From the NCBI GenBank assembly GCA_965262985.1, contig OZ253576.1, positions 6,225,937-6,289,936 on the forward strand: a DNA stretch of 64,000 nt, given 5' to 3'. A program made the translations under genes and the position numbers. A model generated the notes under the pieces. That model was not told the origin of the DNA. It searched no databases and saw only the letters and a list, made by a program, of their open reading frames with translations. The stretch is from Vicinamibacterales bacterium. GTDB taxonomy: Bacteria > Acidobacteriota > Vicinamibacteria > Vicinamibacterales > UBA8438. Of the stretch, positions 51,377 to 60,056 are shown piece by piece (the stretch's first letter is position 1; the number at the start of each line of letters is the position of its first letter).

Positions 51377-51930
51377 ACGGCACCGAACAGCATGTCGCTC
51401 GCGCTCAGCCCGTGTACGGCCTGGTGTTTCCGGAACAGCGCCAGATATGAGTCGCGCACGAATTCCGACGGCGATCGGTCGAGATCGGCCGCCATGCGCA
51501 GAATGTCGTTCTCCGCTCCTTCGAGCTCGACGAAGGTGCCGATCGGAGATTCGTCGATGGTGATGACGAGGGCGCAACGCTGATATTCCTCCCGGAACTT
51601 CTGGTACCGGAACCAGACGTGGAAGCCGAGGCGGGCACACAGCTCGATCAGTAACGCACCGTCGCCGACCGTGGTTTCGAGCTCTTCCCGCACCTTCATG
51701 GGTCCTGGCTCCGGCGGGCCCTTGAAGGTCAGGAACCCACGGTCGCCGTCGACCCGTACCCGCAACGTGCAGTGGCGATCCTGAAGTGTTTCCGTCTCCC
51801 GGTCGAGGAGATAGTCGCGCTGCAGCCGGCGTGGCCGCAACGGGGAAGCGCCTGCGGCCAGCACGGCGCGACGGGCCGTGTCCGGGTCGCTGTAGGGCAG
51901 CTTGATTTCGCGTTCAATGGTGTCGGTCAT
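51373..51930 (-). CDS. CYTH-domain (class IV adenylate cyclase-like / triphosphate tunnel) protein
   Basis: EREIK (ExExK), LRVR, TFKG, REELE and FVELEG motifs. Confidence 0.88.
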   Translation of the reverse strand: MTDTIEREIKLPYSDPDTARRAVLAAGASPLRPRRLQRDYLLDRETETLQDRHCTLRVRVDGDRGFLTFKGPPEPGPMKVREELETTVGDGALLIELCARLGFHVWFRYQKFREEYQRCALVITIDESPIGTFVELEGAENDILRMAADLDRSPSEFVRDSYLALFRKHQAVHGLSASDMLFGAV

Positions 51931-51950
51931 GCTGAAGGGTCCACACGGCG

Positions 51951-53102
51951 CTACGCGCGTGTCCGGGTCTGGAACGAGGCGCCCCGCAAGCCGGGAGATT
52001 CGACCCCCTTGCCCAGAAGGAGCACACGGTGGGTGCTGCCGAGTCCTCCCGGGACGAGGAGGGTCTTCAACGCCAGCCGTTGCTTGACGGATTGCCGATC
52101 CGAACCGGTGGGTGGATCGTCGAGCGCGCCCAGGCCGATCAGGAAACGGGACTGGTCCGGGAACCCGAGCACCTCGAGCCCCTCGGTTTCCGCGGCGTTC
52201 AGGACGGAGGTCCAGTCCACATGGGACGTGATGTCCAACTCACCGGGGTGCGCCAGCCATGCCGGACCGTTCGTCTGATCCGGATCTTTCTCAGTCGTAT
52301 CGACGAGGTGGCGGCGAAACGTGGTCAGCGTACCGGTTCCATGTGTGTCCGAATAGAGGTCGTCCGCCGCATGGCCGTAGTCGATCAGCATCATGAACCC
52401 CCGCGACAGACATCGGGCCGCCCCGCGAACCCAGTCCACGGCCGCCAGATTCACTTCACCGCGCCAGCCGGGGGACGGTGTTACCTCCAGCCGCGTCAGG
52501 TATCTGGCGAGAGCCGGGGTCGACGGCGTTCCGGCGCGTTCGACGAACCGGCCCTCATCAAGGTCGATGAACACCTCGCACAACCCCGAGTCGGTCATCG
52601 CCACGCCATGGGTCGGCAAGGCGTCCAGGAGTTCGTTGGCCAGGATGACACCTGACACCCTGTCAGGCATGGTGTCGGCCGAGTCCGCCAGGCGCGGAAG
52701 GTGATGGCCGAGCATGTCGGGATGCGCCGCCCGTGCGGCGGCGCTGGTTTCGACAAGCACCAGCCGGATCGCGGCGTACATGTCCGGAAACACGGACTCC
52801 GCCGTATCCAGAATGTCCCGCGCCAACTGCCCGTTCCCCGCGCCGACCTCTACGAGGTCGAACCGATCCGTGGCGGCAGCGCCGCGCAGGCGGAACATCT
52901 CGTCAAGTTGAACCGCCAGCAACGCACCGAACTGCGGGCCGACATCGACGCTGGTGAAAAAGTCACCCGCGCGCCCGGTTCGCCGCGACGCACGGGTGTA
53001 GTAGCCCAGAGTGGGGTGATACAGCGCGAGGTCGATGAACTCCGCGATCGTCAGCGGTCCGTGTGTGCGGATCCGCTCAACGAGCAACTCGCGGAGCGTC
53101 AT
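51951..53102 (-). CDS. SAM-dependent methyltransferase, MidA/NDUFAF7 family
   Basis: LYHP..GYY, GDFFTS, EVGAGNG, ANELLDALP, IDYG and DITSHV motifs. Confidence 0.88.
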   Translation of the reverse strand: MTLRELLVERIRTHGPLTIAEFIDLALYHPTLGYYTRASRRTGRAGDFFTSVDVGPQFGALLAVQLDEMFRLRGAAATDRFDLVEVGAGNGQLARDILDTAESVFPDMYAAIRLVLVETSAAARAAHPDMLGHHLPRLADSADTMPDRVSGVILANELLDALPTHGVAMTDSGLCEVFIDLDEGRFVERAGTPSTPALARYLTRLEVTPSPGWRGEVNLAAVDWVRGAARCLSRGFMMLIDYGHAADDLYSDTHGTGTLTTFRRHLVDTTEKDPDQTNGPAWLAHPGELDITSHVDWTSVLNAAETEGLEVLGFPDQSRFLIGLGALDDPPTGSDRQSVKQRLALKTLLVPGGLGSTHRVLLLGKGVESPGLRGASFQTRTRA

Positions 53103-53146
53103 GGAGGAGGCACATCGAGGCGTATTGCCTCGTAGAGTACTGCGCA

Positions 53147-53163
53147 GTTCTACCAGGGGCTGC
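53147..53163. repeat. Remnant family-A right terminus next to the DegP-like stop codon
   Basis: GTTCTACCAGGGGCTGC versus GTTCTACCACGGGCTGC (16/17), 2 nt from the TAG at 53166-53168. Confidence 0.55.
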
Positions 53164-53165
53164 CG

Positions 53166-54698
53166 CTATTCCTTGCGCAGCCGGACGACATGCTCTTCAT
53201 TGCCGTTCACGATCCGGAGTAACGCCGCACGCCCCGAGTCAATCCGGTTCAATTCCCGGGTGGCCTCGGCCGCGCGGGCTACGGGCACCCGGTTGACCTC
53301 GGTGATCACGTCGTTGGGCACGATGCCGCCGGTCTGAGCCACTCCGCCCGGAACGACCGCGCTGACGAGTGCGCCCGTGGTCCCCGGTTCCAGACGCAGG
53401 TCACGTACGCGATCCGCCGTCAAGTTCTGCAGGCTCATGCCGAAGCCGGTGTTGATGTCCTCGATGTCGACCTCGGCCGGTCGGCCCTCGTTGTCAAGGT
53501 CCAGTTCTCCGATTCTGATCGTGAGGTTCAGCGGCGAGCCGTTCCGGTAGACGCCAAGGTTGACCACCGTGCCGGGGCGCGTGTTCACGACCTTCTCCAC
53601 CAGGTCTTCCGACTTGTTTACTCGGTCGCCGTCGAAACTGACGATCACGTCGCCCAACTCGAGGTCCGAGTCGTCGGCCGGCCCGTCCGGATCGATGCGC
53701 GTAATCAGGGCGCCCATCGGTTCAGCAAGTCCGTGCTCCTCATAGTCGTAATTGGTGACCGGCAGGAACTCGACCCCGATGACCCCGCGGGTAACCCGGC
53801 CCGTGCGCAGTTGCGGCAGCAGGTCGCGGATCGTATTGCTCGGCACCGCGTAGCCGATGCCGAGGTTGCTTGGCCGATCGCTGACGATAGCGGTGTTGAT
53901 CCCGATGACCTCCCCGCGAAGGTTGAGCAGGGGGCCGCCCGAGTTGCCCGGGTTGATCGCCGCGTCGGTCTGGATCACCGACTGCGAGCGTCCTCGAATC
54001 TGCCCGAACGGACGTCCCACGGCGCTGACGACGCCCACCGTCACCGTGTGCCCGAGGCTGAACGGGTTGCCGATCGCGATGACCCAGTCGCCGGCCTGCA
54101 TCTGGCTGGAGTCGCCGAACGTTGCCACGTGTAACTCATACTCCGGCGGCTCGACAAGCTGAAGCAGGGCGCTGTCTGTCAACCGGTCACGGCCGACTAC
54201 CTCCGCTTTGTACGCCTCATCGTCATCGAGGAAGAACACGTCGATCTTCGTGGCGCCTTCGACGACGTGGTTGTTGGTGACGATATAGCCTGCCCGGTCG
54301 ATCACGAAGCCGGTGCCGGCCGAGCGCGAGAAGCTCTCTTCGCTGGGGTCTCCGAAGAAGCGGCGGAACAACTCGTCGTTACCCCCCCCGCCCCCGAACA
54401 ACTGGTTATCGGCGCCGCCGCGCCGCCGCGATTCCGTGCGGATGTTGACCACCATCGGGCTCTGCGCCGCGGCGATGTCCCGGAAGGTGGTCGCCGTCAA
54501 CGGGCCGGTAATCGGCGCCGTGTTCACGGCCGGCAACGCCGGCGCGTCGGCGGTCTGTGACGTTTGGAAGGTTTGCGCGGCCGAACTCGACACCAGGTCC
54601 AGCCTGGACGCGATCACGAGACCGATCGCCAACGCCGTCACGGCGATCAGGGCTCCGGAAAACAGAGTGCTCTTGCCTGTAGCCATCGCTTCCTCCAC
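53166..54698 (-). CDS. Do/DegP-family periplasmic serine protease with two PDZ domains
   Basis: GTGFVI, TNNHVV, IQTDAAINPGNSGGPL motifs and two PDZ domains. Start could be 54686. Confidence 0.93.
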   Translation of the reverse strand: MEEAMATGKSTLFSGALIAVTALAIGLVIASRLDLVSSSAAQTFQTSQTADAPALPAVNTAPITGPLTATTFRDIAAAQSPMVVNIRTESRRRGGADNQLFGGGGGNDELFRRFFGDPSEESFSRSAGTGFVIDRAGYIVTNNHVVEGATKIDVFFLDDDEAYKAEVVGRDRLTDSALLQLVEPPEYELHVATFGDSSQMQAGDWVIAIGNPFSLGHTVTVGVVSAVGRPFGQIRGRSQSVIQTDAAINPGNSGGPLLNLRGEVIGINTAIVSDRPSNLGIGYAVPSNTIRDLLPQLRTGRVTRGVIGVEFLPVTNYDYEEHGLAEPMGALITRIDPDGPADDSDLELGDVIVSFDGDRVNKSEDLVEKVVNTRPGTVVNLGVYRNGSPLNLTIRIGELDLDNEGRPAEVDIEDINTGFGMSLQNLTADRVRDLRLEPGTTGALVSAVVPGGVAQTGGIVPNDVITEVNRVPVARAAEATRELNRIDSGRAALLRIVNGNEEHVVRLRKE

Positions 54699-54701
54699 TA
54701 C

Positions 54702-55892
54702 CTACGTACCATAGCTCAATGTCCGAATCTCATTCTGTCGCGGGCCGGTGACGGTCGCAGCGGCGGGCCCCACGTACATGTTGATCTCGGTTCGAAGTCC
54801 GAAATCCTTGAAGTACACCCCAGGCTCGACTGTGACCGCGGTTCCCGCCAGAAGCTGCCGGTCGTCATGTGTTTCGAAATCGTCCAGATGCACGCCGTTT
54901 CCATGCACCTCTTCGCCCAGGCTGTGCCCGGTGCGATGCACGAATCGATCGCCGAAACCTGCGTCGGTGATCCGACTCCGCACGGCGCGATCGACCTCCC
55001 AGCCCCTCAACGTGCGTCCGGCAACGACTGCCTCCTCCACCAGGTCGACCGCGGCGTCTCGGCCGTCGCGGATCACGGCGAATGCTTCGGCGTAGCGAGT
55101 CGGTACCGCCGCGCCGGTGTGTCCCATCCAGGTGATGTCCGCGTACACGGCGCCCGGCGCCGGCAGTTTGCCCCACAGGTCGAGCAGCAGTATCTCGTTG
55201 GCGCCGATGACGCGATTCCGTTCGCGGGTCGGCAGGTAATGCGGGTCGCCGGCGTTCTCCTGGGCCGCGACGACCGGACGCGAGTCGCTGATCAATCCCG
55301 CCTCTTCGAACCAGGTGACCATGGCGTCCTGTACGTCCAGTTCGGAGACCTGGACGCCGTCCTGCATTCGGGCGGTCACCAGCGCGAACGCCTGATCCTT
55401 GATGGCATGCAGCGCCGCCGAGGCCGTTCGGTGCGTGGCAAGCGCCGCGCCATCCCAGAGCGCCTCGAATTGCTGCACCAGGTCGCCTGACGAGCGAACG
55501 TCGATTCCCAGTGCGCGGATCGCATCGACGGTGCCCGCATCGACCCGCGAGACATAGGGAATCGCGCACCCCGGCGAGAATTCCATCGCCAGGGAGGCAC
55601 ATCCGGCCAGCAGGGTGTGCAGACCGCGATCGAGCTCGTGACGTCCCGCGTACTGCAACTTGTCGCCTGGCAGGTGATCCAGGCGGTCACGTTCAATGGT
55701 GTGGACGAGCGCGCGCGGCTCGCCCCGGCCAGGAATCAGGTAGTACCAGCGGCGGGTCGTCAGCTTCGCGCCCGCGCTCAAGCCGGCCAGCCGGCGCGCA
55801 ATCGGATTTGAGCCGTGGAAGTCGTAGAGCAGCCACCCGTCGACCCCGCCCGACCGGAGCGCATCCTGCACGGCGCTGACGTCCAGTGGCAT
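54702..55892 (-). CDS. M24-family (Xaa-Pro) peptidase
   Basis: LLDLWG, YADITW, HRTGHSLG and VEPGVY...RTEIN motifs; start at MPLDV with a -10 box 7 nt upstream. Confidence 0.88.
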   Translation of the reverse strand: MPLDVSAVQDALRSGGVDGWLLYDFHGSNPIARRLAGLSAGAKLTTRRWYYLIPGRGEPRALVHTIERDRLDHLPGDKLQYAGRHELDRGLHTLLAGCASLAMEFSPGCAIPYVSRVDAGTVDAIRALGIDVRSSGDLVQQFEALWDGAALATHRTASAALHAIKDQAFALVTARMQDGVQVSELDVQDAMVTWFEEAGLISDSRPVVAAQENAGDPHYLPTRERNRVIGANEILLLDLWGKLPAPGAVYADITWMGHTGAAVPTRYAEAFAVIRDGRDAAVDLVEEAVVAGRTLRGWEVDRAVRSRITDAGFGDRFVHRTGHSLGEEVHGNGVHLDDFETHDDRQLLAGTAVTVEPGVYFKDFGLRTEINMYVGPAAATVTGPRQNEIRTLSYGT

Positions 55893-55899
55893 GGCGCCG

Positions 55900-55908
55900 A
55901 GTATAGCA
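55900..55908 (-). promoter_or_regulatory. Extended -10 box implying a leaderless mRNA (M24 peptidase)
   Basis: TGC-TATACT-N7-ATG with no Shine-Dalgarno. Confidence 0.55.
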
Positions 55909-56181
55909 GCGGGTGTTCCGTCGGCCGGCGCCTCAATTGTCATCATCCATTGAGTATGACGCCGCACGTCGTGCGAAGGTTGCGGGGCGGCGGTGAAAAC
56001 GGCCGGCGCCCCTTCCGGTTCGGCCGCTGTCCTGAAGCTGTGTCGAACCGCCGGCGAGTGAGCCGGGGGTGGCGCACCACAGATCCCAAACGGCCGTGGG
56101 GAAAGACGAGCGTGGCCAGCAGAACGCGCCCGCGATCCGCCGCCGAACCGCGGGCACCGGGTGACCAGGGCGGGAGAAACG

Positions 56182-56739
56182 CTATTGCGCTTCTTCCGGT
56201 TCTTCGGCTTCGACCTCTGTCAACACGCCGTCGTCGACGATAGCCGTCGGGTCTTCCATCTCGTCGAATTCGGTCGCCTCGACGACACCGTTCTGGTGGC
56301 TGAACTCGTAGTTGCTGCGGGTGGCGCTGGCGTTCCGCGGTGTGCGCAAGGTGATCTCGATCACTTCGTCCTTCATCAGCGGCCGCCGCATCCGATACTG
56401 ACCGCCGGTCAACACGCCGTCGTCGTCGTCGTACCAGAACTCGTTCACCGTGAATCCGGCCAGGGCCCCATCGGACACGTTCTTGACGCGGAACGTGGTG
56501 ACGATGTCACCACCCTGCCGGCCCGACAGTGGCGCCAGGTAGCCGATGTTCCCCGGCCCGCGGATGGCCGCAACGATGCGGGAATCGTCATCCACTGCAT
56601 TGAGGAGCGGACGGAGCTGGACCGTCGGGGCCGCCATCTCCACGAGGTTCTCTTCAACGACTTCCTCTCCCCCGCAGCCGACCGCGACCACACCTGCCAT
56701 CAATACACCGAGTAGCGCCGCATTTCGCAGCCATCTCAT
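56182..56739 (-). CDS. Hypothetical lipoprotein
   Basis: Signal ending in the lipobox VAVG-C; GGAGG RBS; beta-rich body; acidic tail. Confidence 0.7.
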   Translation of the reverse strand: MRWLRNAALLGVLMAGVVAVGCGGEEVVEENLVEMAAPTVQLRPLLNAVDDDSRIVAAIRGPGNIGYLAPLSGRQGGDIVTTFRVKNVSDGALAGFTVNEFWYDDDDGVLTGGQYRMRRPLMKDEVIEITLRTPRNASATRSNYEFSHQNGVVEATEFDEMEDPTAIVDDGVLTEVEAEEPEEAQ

Positions 56740-56781
56740 TGCTGACCTCCGCATTGCCTTGACACGAACACGTACGCGCGA

Positions 56782-56810
56782 ATTATATTGCGCGCCGTCC
56801 AAAACCTCAA
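56782..56810 (-). promoter_or_regulatory. Candidate sigma70 promoter for the lipoprotein gene
   Basis: Minus strand TTGAGG-N17-TATAAT. Confidence 0.5.
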
Positions 56811-56815
56811 CCGAC

Positions 56816-57274
56816 TTACATTTCACCGTTCCAGTCTTCCGGCTCGGCATGACTCGAACGAAAAATCTCCAGATGCCACTTGCCCCCTCCCCAAGGTTCG
56901 ATGATCTCTGCGGCGACAACGTCGACCAGGATGTCAGCGAAGGAACGGCCTTCGGGGTCGCCTTCCAGGTGATACGCGGACTCCTCCCAGGCGAAACTGG
57001 GATAGAGCACGAGCGTCAGGAACAGATCGTACCCGTCGTCCACGACAATTACCTGACCGCACGGTCGTTTCAGCGTCGAATGATAAACAAGGTATTTCTC
57101 GGCGCTGTGGGCCCGGATGTACCGTTTGAGGGCGAATTCACGCGCGACAATATCCTCGACCGCAATCTTCTTGTCCCAGCAGTCGTGACAGTACTTCGCT
57201 TCGCCGCGGGGCTCGGAGACATCCTTCGCGCCGCAGAGCGCACATCGTGACTGGGCAGCCGAGCGGGGAGCCAT
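56816..57274 (-). CDS. Hypothetical protein with CxxC...CxxC zinc-ribbon-like N-terminus
   Basis: CALC-x14-CHDC, a globular aromatic-rich C-terminal part, and a leaderless-type promoter. Confidence 0.75.
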   Translation of the reverse strand: MAPRSAAQSRCALCGAKDVSEPRGEAKYCHDCWDKKIAVEDIVAREFALKRYIRAHSAEKYLVYHSTLKRPCGQVIVVDDGYDLFLTLVLYPSFAWEESAYHLEGDPEGRSFADILVDVVAAEIIEPWGGGKWHLEIFRSSHAEPEDWNGEM

Positions 57275-57281
57275 CCCGGCG

Positions 57282-57359
57282 ATTCTAGCAGGTGCCCGCG
57301 TGGGCGTCAGCAGCCGGGGGATCGACGTGCGCCCGCCTGGCCGATTGCCTTGCTACACT
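57282..57359. promoter_or_regulatory. Back-to-back extended -10 promoters for two leaderless genes
   Basis: Minus strand TGC-TAGAAT-N7-ATG (57274) and plus strand TGC-TACACT-N6-ATG (57366). Confidence 0.55.
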
Positions 57360-57365
57360 GTTCGA

Positions 57366-57761
57366 ATGAACGAACGGCCACCGCATCTGGGTCTGCGGCA
57401 CCTCGCGCTGTTCGCCCGGGCGTTCGACGAAATGAAGCGCTTCTACGTCGACCGGCTCGGCTTCAACGTCGAATGGGAGCCGGATGCCGACAACATCTAT
57501 CTGACCTCGGGCAGCGACAACCTGGCGCTGCATCGTGCAGATCCTGCTCGTTCGCACGAGAACGGACGGCTCGACCACCTGGGGCTGCTCGTGCGCGCGC
57601 CCGGCGACGTCGACCGCTGGGCCGCCTATCTCGACGATCACAGCGTGCCGCTCAAGGCCCGGCCGCGTACCCATCGGGACGGCGCCCGGTCACTGTACCT
57701 CCTCGACCCGGATGGGAACGTCGTTCAGATCATCCACCACCCGCAGATCAGCAACCGCTGA
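57366..57761 (+). CDS. VOC / glyoxalase-family protein
   Basis: GLRHLAL, LDHLGL and SLYLLDPDGNVVQI motifs. Confidence 0.88.
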   Translation: MNERPPHLGLRHLALFARAFDEMKRFYVDRLGFNVEWEPDADNIYLTSGSDNLALHRADPARSHENGRLDHLGLLVRAPGDVDRWAAYLDDHSVPLKARPRTHRDGARSLYLLDPDGNVVQIIHHPQISNR

Positions 57762-57787
57762 TCGTCAACCGGCCGCGGCCTGCCTGG

Positions 57788-59929
57788 TCAGGGTCTGCTG
57801 TTCCGGATGGCCGGGGCGTACATCTGCTCTACGTATTCCTTCACGACCCGGCGGGTGGTGAAGCGGGCCGCCACCGTCCGGATCGCCTGCCGCACGATTG
57901 GCAACCATCGGCGGGGTAGATCGTCGCTGTCTCGTTCGTAGAACGCCGGCACCACGTCACGTTCGAGCAGCGTGTAGAGCGCGGCGGCGTCCGCATCGTC
58001 GGTGGCGGCCTCGTCGACGTGTACGCCGCCGTCGATGATCCAACCGTTGTCGCCTGTGTAGCCTTCGGCCCACCAGCCGTCGGCGATGCTCAGATGCGGC
58101 ACTCCATTGATGGCCGCCTTCATGCCGCTGGTACCGCTCGCTTCCAGCGGTTTCCGCGGGTTGTTCAGCCACACGTCGCATCCTTGGACCACGAAGTGGG
58201 CGACGTGCAGATCGTAGTCGTCGACGAACGCCACCCGGCCGGCGAAACCGGCGTCCAGCGCACGTTGGTACACATGCTGCAAATGATGCTTGCCCGGGTC
58301 GTCGGCCGGGTGGGCCTTGCCGGCGAAAATGATCTGGACCGGACGGTCAGGTGTGTTGAGGATCCGGCTGAGCCGATCCGGATTGTTGAAGATGAGTTCC
58401 GGACGTTTGTACCCGGTGAACCGTCTTGCGAAGCCGATGGTAAGCGCATTGGGGTCGAGCAGCGTGCCCGCCGCGAGTACCTGACCTGCACCCACCCGTT
58501 CTATCGTCCAGCGCTGGCGTGCGCGCTCGCGAATAAAGTCGAACAGATACCGGCGTAACTCCTGGCGTACGTGCCACAGCTCGGCGTCAGGTATCGTCAG
58601 CACGCGGTTCCAGAGCGCGTCGTCCTGTTGGTCGCGCCAGTGGGCGCCCAGGTACCGGTCGAAGAGCAGGGCGAGACGATGCGCCACCCAGGTGCCGACA
58701 TGGATGCCGTTGGTGAGCGCACGCACCGGGTGTTCCGCGCTCGCGCGATCGGACCAGATCGGCGTCCACATGTCGCGGGTGACATCGGCGTGAAGCTGGC
58801 TGACGGCGTTGACTTGTGCCGCGGTGCGGAGCGCCAGAGCGGTCATGTTGAACCGTGGTCCGCTGCCGTTGTCATAGTCGCCGAGCTTCAGGAACGAATC
58901 GCGGTGGCTGCCGAGCGTTCCCCAGCAGCCGGCGAGGTGAGTCTCGACGAGTTGAAACGGGAAGGTGTCGTGTCCGGCCGGGACCGGCGTGTGCGTCGTA
59001 AACACCGTCGTGCGACGCACTTCGGCGAGCGCCGCGTCGAAGTTCTGACCCGTGTCGATCATCTCCCGCATGCGCTGGAGCGCGACGAAGGCGGCGTGCC
59101 CCTCGTTGAGGTGCCAGACGATCGGGTTCGATCCCATTGCCCGCAGCGCGCGCACCCCTCCGACGCCGAGGATGATTTCCTGCTGGATCCGCGTCTCCGT
59201 GTCGCCGCCGTAGAGCCGTGCCGACAGCTCGCGATCCCAGGGGGCGTTTTCTTCGAGACCGGTGTCGAGCAGATACAGCTTTGTGCGACCAAGTCGTACG
59301 CGCCAGACCGAGACCTTCACCGTACGGTTGCCGAGCGGCACCGTGACGACACAGGGCCGTCCGCCCGGGGTGATCGCTGGAGTCACCGGGGCGTCGGCCC
59401 ACGTCAGCTTCTCGTAGCTCTCCCGCTGCCAGCCGTCCGCCGACAGGTGCTGGTGAAAGTAGCCCTGTGGATACATGAAACCGACCCCGATCATCGGCAG
59501 ACCGAGGTCGCTGCTTTCCTTGCAGATGTCGCCGGCCAGCACCCCAAGCCCCCCGGCGTAGATCGGCAATGACTGGTGCAGTGCGAATTCGGCGGAGAAA
59601 TAGGCGATCGACCGCCCCGGAAGATCCGGCATCCGGCTGCTCCACCAGCTCCCGGTTGCGCGGCGGGTGGGGTCGAGGTCGGTGAGGGCTTTGTCGTAGA
59701 GGTCGAGAAACGTCTGGTCCCGCGAAGCTGCAGTCAGCCGCTCGGCCGGCAGCAGGCGGAGCATGCGGACCGGGTTGTGGGCCGTTGTGCGCCACAGTGT
59801 GTAGTCGAGTCCGCGGAATACGTTGCGGGCGTTCGGATTCCAGGTCCACCACAGATCGAGTGCCAGCTCGCCGAGTCGTTCAATGCGTGGGGGGAGATGG
59901 TCGAGCCCGTCGAGAGCGAATGCAGTCAT
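57788..59929 (-). CDS. glgP: Alpha-glucan (glycogen) phosphorylase
   Basis: YAGGLGVLAGD, HLNEGH, GFARRF..YKR and EASGTSGMKA (PLP lysine) motifs. Confidence 0.96.
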   Translation of the reverse strand: MTAFALDGLDHLPPRIERLGELALDLWWTWNPNARNVFRGLDYTLWRTTAHNPVRMLRLLPAERLTAASRDQTFLDLYDKALTDLDPTRRATGSWWSSRMPDLPGRSIAYFSAEFALHQSLPIYAGGLGVLAGDICKESSDLGLPMIGVGFMYPQGYFHQHLSADGWQRESYEKLTWADAPVTPAITPGGRPCVVTVPLGNRTVKVSVWRVRLGRTKLYLLDTGLEENAPWDRELSARLYGGDTETRIQQEIILGVGGVRALRAMGSNPIVWHLNEGHAAFVALQRMREMIDTGQNFDAALAEVRRTTVFTTHTPVPAGHDTFPFQLVETHLAGCWGTLGSHRDSFLKLGDYDNGSGPRFNMTALALRTAAQVNAVSQLHADVTRDMWTPIWSDRASAEHPVRALTNGIHVGTWVAHRLALLFDRYLGAHWRDQQDDALWNRVLTIPDAELWHVRQELRRYLFDFIRERARQRWTIERVGAGQVLAAGTLLDPNALTIGFARRFTGYKRPELIFNNPDRLSRILNTPDRPVQIIFAGKAHPADDPGKHHLQHVYQRALDAGFAGRVAFVDDYDLHVAHFVVQGCDVWLNNPRKPLEASGTSGMKAAINGVPHLSIADGWWAEGYTGDNGWIIDGGVHVDEAATDDADAAALYTLLERDVVPAFYERDSDDLPRRWLPIVRQAIRTVAARFTTRRVVKEYVEQMYAPAIRNSRP

Positions 59930-60056
59930 GGGGTGCCGTCTCGGTGTCAGACCTGACGATGCGCGGTCGGGTGGCTCCTGGTGTGTTTGCCGGAGACCAC
60001 GGTCGCAAGGGGATCCGAATCGGCACGGTAGATCGTGTCGACGCCTGCCACGCGGG

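Noticed and set aside
55968-56181. 214-bp intergenic region as a small gene or RNA
   Set aside because: No RBS-supported ORF, no repeat-family match and no terminator-bounded structure that I could support.
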